64,000 bases of DNA, taken from assembly GCA_964016885.1 (NCBI GenBank), contig OZ024754.1, positions 12,214,001 through 12,278,000 of the forward strand, read 5' to 3'. The position numbers and the translations under genes were made by a program. Every line of letters starts with the position of its first letter. The first letter of the stretch is position 1. The stretch is from Eledone cirrhosa (taxonomy: Eukaryota). The notes below the pieces were generated by a model, which saw only the letters and a list, made by a program, of their open reading frames with translations, made no database searches and was not told the origin of the DNA. Positions 37,576 through 51,494 of the stretch are shown here, piece by piece.

Positions 37576-40160
37576 TATGTTTCTTTTATTTGCCACTAGG
37601 GCATCAAAAGTGGGACAAGTACAAAGGGGGGAGTTTACACAAAAAGGCGTCCTCAATAAGGAGGAGGCAATAACAAAATATAAAAATAAAATAAGATATA
37701 ACAAAAAATAAAATTTTTAACAAAATCCTCAATAGAGAGGAGGCGCCTTGGGGGGTCGCACACACCCCCGAAAAAAGTGTGCAACCCTTCTCCTCAGGAG
37801 CACAGAGAAGGGGTGCTCCCTTGGTCTTTCATCTTCCTCACCTATAGTCTGATGTAGAGTGAAGGCCCATTCACACGGGCCATTCTCGCCACTTTCACCC
37901 ATCTTTCATAGAAACGGCTGGGGTGCAGCACCTCTCTCTCCATCCTGATCCTTCTTCCGAAATGATATCGGAAGAAACGGACCAGTTGTTGGCCAGAGAG
38001 AAAGGTGCCTGACCTCAGTCCTTTCAGACGCGTCCACCATACAACCTCTTTCGCCATGGCTATTACGCACAGAAACACCGCCTCTGCTTCATCTTTGAAG
38101 GGGGGAGGCGGCTTGATCATTACAATAGACTCGGTGGTCAACCGGATCGGTCCCACCCTTGACAGCAGTTGTTCGACATAGCCCCACAGATCGGCTACGC
38201 CCGAGCAGTGTACCAATGCGTGTGCAACGGTTTCCTCGTCGCACACGCATCTGGGACAGATCTTTTTGGCGGGGTCCCTACCCGGGCGCCCGTGTCTGTA
38301 GAGCCTTTCTCGAACGGGTAAAGCCCCTCGGTAGCACTGCCAGGCCAGGGACTTCTGGAAGTTGTCCATAGGTCCTGGGCTGAATGTCCTACCGAACAGG
38401 CTGGCCAGTTCGTCCTCCTCCATGTCTAGGGCTTCTCCGAGGGCGTCGTCGCACCTGCTGCGTACCAGCCCTCTATAGAATGTTGCGGTGGAGTCTCCAC
38501 TGATAACCGGATCCGCCTGCCAGAGGGCGGTGAGCGCCTGGGCACACTCAGTGTGCCAGGCGCCCAGTTTTCTCGATCTTTGCTTGACCCAGGATTGCAG
38601 CTCGGTGAGTGAGACGAGTCTGGGAAAGGTTCGTCTCACAAACGAGGCCCACACCGGTTGTCCGGTGAGGAATACGTAGAGGTGCCGTAGCCTTAATGCG
38701 TGTTTACGCATCATTAGCCACGGCATCCCCAGCCCTCCTTTCGAAGGGTGTTGACAGCAGATGGATCTCCTCACCATAGGAGCCCGCCTCTTCCAAAGGA
38801 ATTGGAAGAGCGCGCGCTCCATCTTGGTGAGGGTTTCCCTTGGGCAGGGCACTACGGTCAGGCGGTAGTAGATGACGGACGCTATATAAGTGTTCGCCAC
38901 CTCCGCCCGACCTTTCAGGGATAGTTTGCAACTGGCCCACTTCTGGGTCAGTGCAAACACCCTGTTCGTAACCTCCGCCCAGTTTTTCTCCACCTGGAGG
39001 TCCGGTCCGAACCAGACCCCGAGCAACTTCACCGGGCCCTCCGTCCAGCGTCCGACGACCCCATCGGAGGGCATCGGTCTGCCCCTCCACGTGCCGAGTT
39101 GCAAACCGATCGACTTGTCCCGGTTCAGCTTAGCCCCTGTGAACTTTTCGTACTCCTCCAGTAAGGTGCCGACCGCCTCGATTTCGGAGGCCGTCGACAC
39201 CATTACTGTCACGTCATCGGCGTAGGCCGACACCGCTTTCCGCAATCCCGGTTCCAAAGGGATGCCCTGCAACAACTCCAACTTCCGCAGTAGTGGCTCG
39301 AGAGTCAACACATACAGAAGGGAGGAGAGAGGGCACCCTTGTCGGATGGACCGCGCGATTTTGAACGGCTCCGAGAGGTAGCCGTTCACCTTGACCCTAG
39401 AGCAGATGCGGCTGCTGTGCATAGCAGTGATCCAGCCCCTGAAAACGGGTCCGAAGCCTGCCGCCGCTAGCACCGCATCCAGGTAACCATGGTCGACCCT
39501 ATCGAACGCCTTAGATTGATCCAAGTTGATCAGAGCCCCACCAAAGCCGGGTTCGTTCCCAACCCTCTCTATGATGTATCGCATGAGGTGGAGGTTGTCA
39601 TGGATGGACCTGGACGGGATAGCGCATGTCTGCGCATCTCCCACCAGGTTGCCCACGACAAGCGCCAACCTCTTTGCTAGCACCTTGGCCAAAATCTGTA
39701 ACTCTGTATTTAGCAGAGTTATGGGCCTGAAGTTACTTATTTCGTCCCCCTTGTTCTCGTCCTTCCTCACTAGCGTGACTACGCCCTTGGTCACAGTACA
39801 GGGAATTCTCCCGTTCTGTTGCCAGTTGCAGTAGACCGCCTCGAGGAGATCGGGGAACAAGTCCGGCATAGCTAGATATAATTCGTAAGGAAGACCATCG
39901 AGACCCGGGGATTTGCGTTTGCCGCATTGGCTCAGCACGTCCTCTATCTCAGCGGCCGAAATCGGTTCCTCGCAGGACTTCGCCTCCCTGTCCGAGAGGC
40001 GCGGCAGGCCGTCGAGGTATGGACCGAAGTCCACGTTCCCAACCGGCTCCCCGCCCCTCCCGAACAGTCGGGCAAAGTGCCTTTGAAAGGCCTCACACAT
40101 CTGCTTAGGCTCAAGAATCGCCCGTCCATCCAGGTCTCGCAAAGACCGGATGGTGGATTT
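37576..40160 (-). mobile_element. 5'-truncated Tx1-clade (L1 group) non-LTR retrotransposon; uninterrupted ORF2 part (37842-40160) with RT and C-terminal zinc knuckle
   Basis: KSPGLDGLPYE, FRPITLLN, LDQSKAFDRVDH, RQGCPLS, YADD, CPRC..ETVAHALVHC; AATAAA at 37585-37590 (minus); GC-rich relative to host; endonuclease domain absent. Confidence 0.93.
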
Positions 40161-40710
40161 AGGTAGGTAGGTAGGTAGGTAAGTAGATAGGTAAGTAGGT
40201 AGGTAGGTAGGTAGGTAGGTAGGTAAGTAGATAGGTAAGTAGGTAGGTAGGTAGGTAGGTAGGTAGGTAGGTAGGTAGGTAGATAGGTAGATAGGTAGGT
40301 AGGTAGGTATGTAGGTAGGTAAATAGGTAAGTAGATAGGTAAGTAGGTAGGTAGGTAGGTAGGTAGATAGGTAGGTAGGTAGGTAGGTAAGTAGATAGGT
40401 AAGTAGGTAGGTAGGTAGGTAGGTAGGTAGGTAGGTAGGTAGGTAGATAGGTAGGTAGGTAGGTAGGTAGGTAGGTAGGTAGGTAGATAGGTAGGTAGGT
40501 AGGTAGGTATGTAGGTAGGTAAATAGGTAAGTAGATAGGTAAGTAGGTAGGTAGGTATGTATGTAGGTAGGTAGGTAGGTAGGTAGGTAGGTAGATAGGT
40601 AGGTAGGTAAATAGGTAAGTAGGTATGTAAGTAGGTAGGTAGGTAAATAGCTAGGTAGGTAGGTAAATAGCTAGGTAGGTAGGTAAGTAGGTAGATAGGT
40701 AGGTAGATAG
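40160..40710. repeat. (TAGG)n microsatellite, 5' flank of Tx1 LINE
   Basis: Directly visible. Confidence 0.95.
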
Positions 40711-41057
40711 ATCGAGATAAAGAGTTGGTGTACTGGACGTTTGATGTGAAGCTTTATAATTAGTATAAAAAATAACAACAACAACAACATCTCAACTAGG
40801 TGTGGCGATGGAAGAGACAGGACACACATGTAGTAAATCAAGTTGTTAGAGATTGATAGATGCTGTTCAGTGATGCATGGACTACACTTCTGAAACAATA
40901 GTCATGGAACAGTGTATATATAGAAAGACATTTAATCTGGACTGACTACTGGAAGGAGTCACTCACTGATCGATCACCAATCAACACCAAACACTATCAA
41001 ACCTAAACAATTAACAACATCAAAATAATTTATTTTGTGTATCCTCCACCATGTTGT

Positions 41058-41307
41058 CAACAACAACAGCAACAAGAACAACTGTAACAAGAACAACTGT
41101 AACAAGGACAATTGCAACAACAACAACAATAGCAACAAGAACAACTGTAACAAGGACAATTGCAACAACAACAACAACAACAACAAGAACAACTGTAACA
41201 AGGACAATTGCAACAACAACAACAACAGCAACAAGAACAACTGTAACAAGGACAATTGCAACAACAACAACAACAGCAACAAGAACAACTGTAACAAGGA
41301 CAATTGC

Positions 41308-41342
<35 letters not shown>

Positions 41343-41800
41343 CTGTAACAAGGACAATTGCAACAACAACAACAACAGCAACAAGAACAACTGTAACAAG
41401 GACAATTGCAACAACAACAGCAACAACAACTGTAACAAGGACAATTGCAACAACAACAACAACAGCAACAAGAACAATTGCAACAACAACAAGGACAATT
41501 GCAACAACAACAACAACAGCAACAAGAACAATTGCAACAACAACAACAAGAACAACTGTAACAAGGACAATTGCAACAACAACAACAACAGCAACAAGAA
41601 CAATTGCAACAACAACAAGAACAACTGTAACAAGGACAATTGCAACAACAACAACAAGAACAACTGTAACAAGGACAATTGCAACAACAACAACAACAAC
41701 AACAACAATAATGACAGCAACAATAACAGCAACAACAACAGTAACGGCAATAACAACAACAACAATAACAACGGCAACAATAACAACAACAACAGCAATA
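41058..41800. repeat. (AAC)n-based compound minisatellite (AACAAGAACAACTGTAACAAGGACAATTGC units)
   Basis: Directly visible. Confidence 0.92.
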
Positions 41801-42821
41801 ATATTGGTTTCTGGCAGAAAGCCAACAAATTTGGAGGATGGGAATGTCGATTAACTCGACCCCAGTGTATTACTGGTACTTTATTTTATCGACCTCGTAA
41901 GGATGAAAGGCAAAGCTAACCTCGGCGGGATTTGAATTCAGAACGTAAAGGACCGTAACTCTATGCTGCAAAGCATGTTACTCTTTACGTTATGAGTTCA
42001 AATCCCACCGAGGTTAGCTTTGCTTTTCCACCTTACGAGATCGATAAAATAAAGTACCAGTAATGCACTGGGTCGATATAATATACTTTCCACTCCTCTA
42101 ATACTGTTGGCCTTGTGTCTAAATCAGAAACCATTATTGATAGCTTTCGTCCACGAATACTTTTTAATAACATTCAAATCTTTTTCACTTCACACAAAGG
42201 GAAAGAACTCTGATCTTAGCAAAGTTATCTTTCCTTGTTACTCTCTCTAAACAGTTGTCACATGATTAATTGTTTCTACTTTTGGCACAAGACCAGCAAA
42301 TTATCTCAGTGTATTACTGGTACTTTATTTTATCGATCCCGTAAGGATGAAAGGCAAAGTTAAGCTCGGCGGGATTTGAACTCAGACCATAAAGAGCCGT
42401 AACTCTATGCGTCAAAGCATGGCGTCCGACCCTCTACCGATACTGCCAATCCACCGCCTCTGCCAATCCAATGTTGGTAAATACAGTTTTGCTATTGTAA
42501 AAGATATGTAAATGTTATATTGCTGCTGCTGCTTCTTCTTCTTGAGTCATCCCTCCATCAAAAGTGAAGCATCTTCATTTTGTTTTCTCTAATGGCTAGA
42601 ATATATGTGGACCGACTACACCTGCATACTCATAGATTTCTCTGCTAACTGGAGCAGTTGTGCCAACCTATTGTCAAATTAACAGTCGATCATCTGTGAA
42701 GCCACTGGTGTTCACAACACCGAAGTCATCTAATTAAACTGATGGCTGTCGTATGAACTACTGCTTACTGTGGGTCAAGCAGGATTATTACTGAGGTTTA
42801 CCCCTCTAGATCCAACCTTTA

Positions 42822-43213
42822 TAATAATAATAATAATGAAATTATTGTGTAAAGTGCTCAGGTGCACTACAACTCGTCAATATAGTACATAGAATAATAC
42901 ACAAATGTCAGGGAAGTACATGTGTGTATGTGTTAGCTGTTCTGTTGGCGGATCTCGGGAAGCATGGAGGCCTTAAAGAATGCAGTGTCTCGACAGCTAA
43001 CAACTGATGCAGGTAGTTTGTTCCATGCTACAGCAACTCTGAGCGTGAAAAAATGTTTCCGAAAGTCATGGGAACTGTACTGTTTTCTTACTTTGTGGGC
43101 ATGTCCACGTGTGTTAGACACATGGAAATCGAAAAGGTACTCAGGGTTGTTGTTGGCAACATGGTTAACAATTTTGTGGGTGTTTACCAAGTCAGTTGCC
43201 AGGCGTCGGTTCT
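42822..43213 (-). mobile_element. CR1/Jockey-group LINE 3' end fragment
   Basis: RRLATDLV..SNTRGHAHKVRKQ..RKHFFTLRVAVAWNKLP; (TAA)n tail. Confidence 0.8.
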
Positions 43214-43614
43214 CCTACAATAAGTTGAATATAACGGTACATGTGTCTCAAGTTACTATCATGACTCTACCATCATACAAAAGTACCTGCTTATTTTTAT
43301 ATTTCATTTTATAGAGATTAGCTGTTATTAGAGAAGAACCTGGAGAGAATTAACTGATGCTATTGCTAGGAATGTTTCACAGATATTTCCCAAGAGCCAG
43401 TCATAGGAAATGTAATGCCATTCATAGTAAATAAACAGAAAATATATAGCTAGGCCTGATTAGGGATGCCTTACGGTTCTTCCAAATATTACAAGGAAAA
43501 TAGTAGCTTCCATAACAAACATTTCACATTTAAATAACATCTTGGATTTATTAAAAAAAAATATATCTCTCTCTCAAAACCTTGGCAGAAAGTGATTAAA
43601 TAGGAGACTGGCAT

Positions 43615-46600
43615 GAGATGAAGAAGAAGAAGAAGAAGAAGAAGAAGAAGAAAAAGAAAAAGAAGAAGAAGAAGAAGAAGAAGAAGAAGAAGAAGAAGAC
43701 GGCAACAACAAAGAAGAAGAATGAAAAGAAGAAGGAGAAGAAAAAAAGAGAAGAAGGAGAAGAAAAAAAGAGAAGGAGAGAAAATAAGAAGAAAAAAAGA
43801 AGAGAAAGAAGGCTAGCACCAATGATGAAGACAATAAGGATTATGATGATGAGGATGGTGGTGGTGTGGTGTAGTGGTGGTAGTAGTGGTGGTGATGTTG
43901 TGGTGTAGTGGTGGTGTAGTGGTGGTGGTGTGGTGGTGGTGATGGTGGTGTAGTGGTGGTGTAGTGGTGGTGGTGTGGTGTAGCGGTGGTGGTAGTGGTG
44001 GTGGTGATGTTGTGGTGTAGTGATGGTGTGGTGTGGTGTGGTGGTGGTGTAGTGGTGGTGGTGTGGTGGTGTGGTGTAGTGGTGGTAGTGGTGGTGGTGG
44101 TGTGGTGTAGTGGTGGTGGAGTGGTGGTGTGGTGTAGTGGTGGTGGTAGTGGTGGTGGTGATGTTGTGGTGTAGTGATGGTGTGGTGTGGTGTGGTGGTG
44201 GTGTAGTGGTGGTGGTGTGGTGGTGTGGTGTAGTGGTGGTGGTGGTGTGGTGGTGTGGTGTAGTGGTGGTGGTGGTGGTGTGGTGTAGTGGTGTAGTGGT
44301 GGTAGTGGTGGCAAGATAATTATGAGACAAAGATGACAGGAACACACGACACAATGGAGAGAGAGAGAGAGAAGAGGAGAGAGGAGCGAGAGAGGGAGAC
44401 GATAAAGGTGGGTGTGGTGTGGTGTGAGGTGGGGTGGAGGAGATTTTAAGGCCATTCAATAGAAATGATTTAAAGAAGTGAGGAGACCTGGAGAAAGGTG
44501 GGGCGGGGGGTGGGGTGATATGGAGGGGAGGGTGGGGTGATTATTGATTCAATACTGATCTATATATGATTTCTATTGGCAGTATAACTATGGTGGTGGT
44601 GGTGTTGGTGGTGGTGGTGGTGGTATTGGTGTTGGTGGTGGTGGTGGTGGTATTGGTGTTGGTGGTGGTGGTGTTGGTGGTGGTGGTGTTGGTGGTGTTG
44701 TTATTGGTGGTGGCGGTGGTGGTGGTGGTGGTGTTGGTGGTGGTGGTGGTGGTATTGGTGTTGGTGGTGGTGGTGTTGGTGGTGTTGGTGGTGTTGTTAT
44801 TGGTGGTGGCGGTGGTGGTGGTGGTGGTGTTGTTAGTGGTGGTGGTGGTGGTATTGGTGTTGGTGGTGGTGGTGTTGGTGGTGTTGTTATTGGTGGTGGC
44901 GGTGGTGGTGTTGTTAGTGGTGGTGGTGGTGGTGGTGTTGTTATTGGTGGTAGTGGTGGTAATGGTGTTGTTATTGGTGGTGGTGGTGGTGTTGTTATTG
45001 GTGGTGGTGTTGTTATTGTTGGTGGTGTTGTTATTGGTGGTGGTGTTGTTATTGGTGGTGGTGTTGTTATTGGTGGTGGCGTTGTTATTGGTGGTGGTGG
45101 TGGTATTGTTATTGGTGGTGGTGGTGTTGGTGGTGGTGGTGGTGTTGTTATTGTTGGTGGCGGTGTTGGTGGTAATGGTGTTGTTAGTGGTGGTGGTGGT
45201 GGTGGTGTTGTTATTGGTGGTGGTGGTGGTGGTGGTAATGGTGTTGTTATTGGTGGTGGTGGTGGTAGTGGTGTTGGTGGTATTGTTATTGGTGGTGGTG
45301 GTGTTGTTAGTGGTGGTGGCGGTGGTGGTGGTGTTAGTGGTGTTGTTATTGGTGGTGGCGGTGTTGGTGGTGTTGTTAGTGGTGGTGGTGTTATTGGTGG
45401 TGATGGTGGTAGTGGTGTTGGTGGTGTTGTTATTGGTGGTGGCAGTGGTGGTGGTAATGGTGTTGTTAGTGGTGGTAGTGGTGGTAGTGGTGGTGTAAGG
45501 ACTGTTCTATGATTATGAATAGCAGTATGGCTGTGGTGTGTGTGGTGATGGGCAGTGGGGTGGTGTGAGGGTGGGGTGGGTGATGTGGTGTGATGTAGTC
45601 GTGTGATGGTGTAGTGGTGTGCTGGTATAGTGGTGTGGTGGTGTAGCGGAGTAGTGGTGTGGTGTAGTGGTGGTGTGATGTAGTGTAGTGGTGGTGTGAT
45701 GTAGTGGTGGTGTGATGTAGTGGTGTGGTGCTGTAGTGGTGGTGTGATGTAGTAGTGGTGTGATGTAGTGGTGGTGTGGTGCTGTAGTGGTGGTGTGATG
45801 TAGTGGTATGGTTGTGTGGTAGTGTAGTGGTAGTGGTGTGGTGTAGTGGTAGTGGTGTGGTGTAGTGGTAGTGGTGTGGTGTAGTGGTAGTGGTGTGGTG
45901 TAGTGGTAGTGGTGTGGTGTAGTGGTGTGGTGTAGTGGTAGTGGTGTGGTGTAATGGTAGTGTAGTGGTGTAGTGGTAGTGTAGTGGTGTAGTGGTAGTG
46001 GTGTGGTGTAGTGGTGTGGTGTAGTGGTGTGGTGTAGTGGTAGTGGTGTGGTGTAGTGGTAGTGTAGTGGTGTAGTGGTAGTGTAGTGGTGTAGTGGTAG
46101 TGGTGTGGTGTAGTGGTGTGGTGTAGTGGTGTGGTGTAGTGGTAGTGTAGTGGTGTAGTGGTAGTGGTGTGGTGTAGTGGTGTGGTGTAGTGGTAGTGGT
46201 GTGGTGTAGTGGTAGTGGTGTGGTGTAGTGGTAGTGGTGTGGTGTAGTGGTGTGGTGTAGTGGTGTGGTGTAGTGGTGTGGTGTAGTGGTAGTGGTGTGG
46301 TGTAGTGGTGTGGTGTAGTGGTAGTGGTGTGGTGTAGTGGTAGTGGTGTGGTGGTGGTAGACAGCAGCAGTAATGTAGTTACTGAGTAATCAACAAAATT
46401 AAGGGTCACAATAAAGGTTTTTTGCTGTTTTTGTGGCATTCCTTGAAACTCAATGGAAACTGTTGTTTTTAATTTCTTGTTGCTTCATGTAATTCATATT
46501 GTTGTTGTTGTTGTTGTTGATGTTGTTGCTTCTGTTGTTGTTTTTCTTGTTGTTGTTTTTGTTGTTGCTTCTGTTGTTGTTTTTGTTGTTGTTGTTGTTT

Positions 46601-46762
46601 TTGTTGTTGCTGCTGTTGTTGTTTTTGTTGTTGCTTCTGTTGTTGTTTTTGTTGTTGCTGCTGTTGTTTTTGTTGTTGCTGCTGTTGTTGTTTTTGCTGT
46701 TTTTTTTTTGTTTTTGTTTTTGTTGCTGTTGTTGTTGTTGCTGCTGTTGTTTTTGTTGCTGT

Positions 46763-46802
<40 letters not shown>

Positions 46803-47000
46803 TTGTTGTTGTTTTGTTGTTGTTTTTATTGTTGTTGTTTTTGTCGTTGTTGTTGTTGCTGTTGTTGTTGTTATTGTTGCTGTTGTTGTTGTTGTTGCTG
46901 TTGCTGTTGTTGTTGTTATTGTTGCTGTTATTATTGTTGTTGCTATTGTTGCTGTTGTTGATGATGATGTCATTACAACAAATATTATTCAAAGCTGTTG
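43615..47000. repeat. Cluster of simple repeats: (GAA)n, (GGT/GTAGT)n, (GTT)n
   Basis: Directly visible low complexity. Confidence 0.9.
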
Positions 47001-47376
47001 TATTGTTTACCTGAAAGTTTGTACAATGTGTGTGAGTGTGTGAGTGTGAGAGTGTGTGAGTGTGTGAGTGTGAGAGTGTGTGTGTGTGTGTGAGTGAGTG
47101 TGTGAGTGTGTGCATACATATGTGCGGGTGGTGATGTGTGTAAAGGCACACACACACACATATACATATATAACATATATATATGTGTGTGTGTGTGTAA
47201 ATATATACATACACACATGTATATATATATATATATATATACATTTATATCTATATCTATAAATATATACATATATATATACATATATATACATATATAT
47301 ATGTATAAATATATACATATATATATACATATATATATATGTATAAATATATCCATATATATCCATATATATATAC

Positions 47377-47423
<47 letters not shown>

Positions 47424-47483
47424 CATATCATCATCATCATCATCATCGTTTAACGTCCCTGTTCCACGCTTGCATATATATAT

Positions 47484-47537
<54 letters not shown>

Positions 47538-47750
47538 GTATAAACATATACACATATATATATATATGTATATACACATATACACATATATATACATATA
47601 CACATATACACATATATATATATATATACATACATATATATATGTATAACTATATACATACACACACACACATATATATATCATCATCATCATCATCATC
47701 ATCATCATCGTTTAACGTCTATCTGCCGCGCTAGCATGGGTTTAGACGGG

Positions 47751-47784
<34 letters not shown>

Positions 47785-49184
47785 CCCGTCTAAACCCATA
47801 TATGTATATATATATATATACACACACACACGTTCATATAAATGAATAAATACATACATATATATATATATATACAAGCACACAAACACATATATATACA
47901 CACACATATCTATTGACTACATCAGGCCTTTCCATCTTTCACATGCAGCTGACCAAACAGTGATGACTCACAGCATAGCAATGATGTTGATGATGATGAT
48001 GATGATGATGATGTTTTTATGTGTATAGCTCCAGTCCATACAGGGTAGTTAGTAGCTTGTAAATCACAACTGTTGTAGGTATACCTGCTGCTGTTGTTGT
48101 TGTAGTAGTTGTGGTGTTTAGTGGAGGTAGCTTGAACTAGTTATTGTTGTCCTATTCCCTGTCCACCCTTCTGAGCAGTTTCGAATAAGAGGATCTATGA
48201 TCAAAGACATTCCGAACACGACCATCCCTGTGACCATCCCGTTACATTTTTAGTGATAGTGTATTGTAAGCTATTGGCAGTATCGGTAGAGGGTCGGACG
48301 CCATGTTTTCCAGCACAGTTATGTCCCTTTACAGTCTGAGTTCAAATCCCATCGAGGTTAACTTTGCCTTTTATCCTTATGGGGGATCGATAAAATAAAG
48401 TACCAGTAATGTACTGGGTAATTGCTGGCCTTGTTCCAAAAGTAGAAACAATTATTTAGTGTTCTTTTACTTTCTATAGCAGTAGTGTATGATTTGAGGG
48501 AGATTTGGTCACTCTTTCTAACAGGTCAAACGATCATGAAGTGGATCTGTTGCCAGTTTTAACCTTTTAGCCTTTAAACCGATCATACTTGGCCAGAATT
48601 CTCTCACCTCTTTCTGTTCAAACTGGCTGTAACTGACCACTCATACTGATGTTAAGGTATTGTTCTCAAAATAAATAATATCAAAATGTCATAGATTTGA
48701 TATCTCAAGAGATAATTATGCGAGAGAAAGGCTTTACTGTGAAATAGTAAATACAGGGTAATCTAAATGCTAAAGGGTTAAGTAAAACTGGAAAAGTAAT
48801 TCATGTGAAGTTTTTCAATGGAAGTTTTTATTTAAAAATAAATTGTTTGATATTTCAAAAGATCAAATTGTTTCTAGCACAAGCCTTCCAATTTGATAGA
48901 AGTGGAAAGCTGATTAAATCAACCCTAGTATGTGACTGGTATTTTATTTTATCAACCCCAGAAGGATGAAAGGCAAAGTTAACCTTGGTGGGATTTGAAC
49001 TGAGAAAATAGAAAGTCATAAGTCATAAATGCAACAAAGTATTTTGTAAAATACTCTACAGATACCGCCAACCCCCAGAATTGATATAAACTGAAATTTG
49101 AGCAATGTATAATGAATCGTTAATTGAATTTGATATAAAGATCATAACATTAATTTTATTGAATGCTACCAGCAGAAAACATGC

Positions 49185-50057
49185 AACCACCACCACCGCT
49201 ACCACCACTATACACCACCACCACAACCACTACTACCACCACCACCACTACCACCACTGTACACCACCACAATCACTGCCACCACCACAACCACTACTAC
49301 CACCACCACCACTACACACCACAACCACCACTACCACCACCACCACCACTACCACTATACACCACCACCACTACCACCACCACCACTACCACCACTGTAC
49401 ACCACCACAACCACTGCCACCACTATACACCACCACAACCACTACTACCACCACCACCACTACACACCACCACTACCACCACTACACACCACCACCACCA
49501 CTACACACCACTACACACCACCACCACCACCACGCACCACCACCACCACTACACACCACCACCACTACACACGACAACCACCACTACACGCAACCACAAC
49601 TACACACCACCACCACCACCAGCACTACACACCACCACCACCACCACCACTACACACCACCACCACCACCACCACAACCACCACTACACGCAACCCCCAA
49701 CACTACACACCACCATCACCACCACCACTACATACCACCACCACCACTACACATCACTACATACCCCCCCCCCCCATCAACCCCCCCCCCCCCCCCCCCC
49801 TACACCCCTCCCCTACATCCCTCCCCCATCGACCTCCCCCCACCAAACCCCCACCCCCCCATCATCATCACCACCACCATCAGTAAAAGACTAACAGTTC
49901 TACAGTAGAAATCAAGTCAATATTGTCACTGACAGTAGATAACACTTCTCAACAATTAAAGACTCTTCTACAAGAGTTTCCTGTCTCACAACAGAAGTAA
50001 CTGTCTCTGGATTAGCAGCTATTCTTTTGTAGTCTTCAGTCAGGCTTCATTGAACTG

Positions 50058-50148
<91 letters not shown>

Positions 50149-50329
50149 TGTCTGGCTGTCTTCCTGACTTTCGTTCTTTCTTTCTCTTTTGTATTTTGTT
50201 ATTCTGCTGTCTAAGCATAAGTATGTATGTATGTAGGTGTGTATGTATGTATGTATGTAAGTGTGTATGTATGTATGTATGTATGTATGTATGTATGTAT
50301 GTATGTGTGTGTATGTATGTATGTATGTC

Positions 50330-50361
<32 letters not shown>

Positions 50362-51035
50362 TGTATGTATGTATGTAGGTGTGTATTGTATGTATGTAGG
50401 TGTGTATTGTATGTATGTGTGTATGTATGTCTATATGTATGTATGTATGTATGTATGTCTACATGTATGTATGTGTGTATGTATGTATGTGTGTATGTAT
50501 GTATGTATGTATGTATGTGTGTATGTATGTATGTAAGTGTGTATGTAAGTGTGTATGTATGTATGTACGTGTGTATGTATGTGTGTATGTATGTATGTGT
50601 GTATGTATGTATGTGTGTATGTATGTATGTCTACATGTATGTATGTATGTAAGTGTGTATGTATGTGTGTATGTATGTGTGTATGTATGTATGTATGTAT
50701 GTATGTCTACATGTATGTATGTAAGTGTGTATGTATGTGTGTATGTATGTGTGTATGTATGTGTGTATGTATGTATGTATGTATGTGTGTATGTATGTAT
50801 GTCTACATGTATGTATGTAAGTGTGTATGTATGTGTGTATGTATGTATGTATGTATGTATGTATGTATGTATGTATGTATGTATGTTTGTATGTATGTAT
50901 GTATGTATGTATGTATGTGTGTATGTATGTGTGTATGTATGTATGTAAGTGTGTATGTTTGTATGTATGTATGTATGTATGTATGTATGCATGTATGTAT
51001 GTAAGTGTGTATGTTTGTATGTATGTATGTATGTG
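49185..51035. repeat. (CCA)n, poly-C, (TC)n and (ATGT)n simple repeats
   Basis: Directly visible. Confidence 0.9.
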
Positions 51036-51080
51036 TACTCGAAAACGAGTTGGCAGCCACCATGTATATATGTATGTATG

Positions 51081-51245
51081 GGCCCAGCACTATGTGTCAA
51101 TAATTGTCACAAGTGTAGTGTTTGTACCAGAGTTTTCAAGTCGCTGGCTGGACTAAAAAGTCACACTCGTTCAGCGCATCGGTAGGGGTTCTCCTACATG
51201 GATATAAAGTAGTGGCCGTACTCGAAAACGAGTTGGCAGCCACCA
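51081..51245 (+). mobile_element. 3' tip of an RTE-type LINE encoding a C2H2 finger (HKCSVCTRVFKSLAGLKSHTRSAHR*), in (ATGT)n
   Basis: Single terminal C2H2 finger, then a short 3' end duplicated at about 51036-51066 and 51218-51250. Confidence 0.55.
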
Positions 51246-51494
51246 TGTATGTATGTATGTATGTTCTTCTGGTTTTATAATTTCACAAATTTTTTCCCAA
51301 TAGAGAGAGAGAGTCGGTTTCTAACATAGACACAAGACTCTCTCATTGGAATTTACACAACATCAACTAGGTAGATATGGATGTATGCATGTATGTGTAG
51401 ATATGGATGTTATTGTATGTGTGGATGTGGATGTTTTGAGTTGTATGTGTGCATGTGCATATGCTTTGTATCTGTACATGTGTATATGCAGTTA

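Noticed and set aside
38159-40166. Short alternative-frame and antisense ORFs within the LINE
   Set aside because: Expected in GC-rich coding DNA; no independent motifs
51081-51185. C2H2 zinc finger as part of a cephalopod ZNF gene
   Set aside because: Single finger with no TGEKP linkers, followed by a stop and a duplicated short tail in (ATGT)n; better explained as a LINE 3' end
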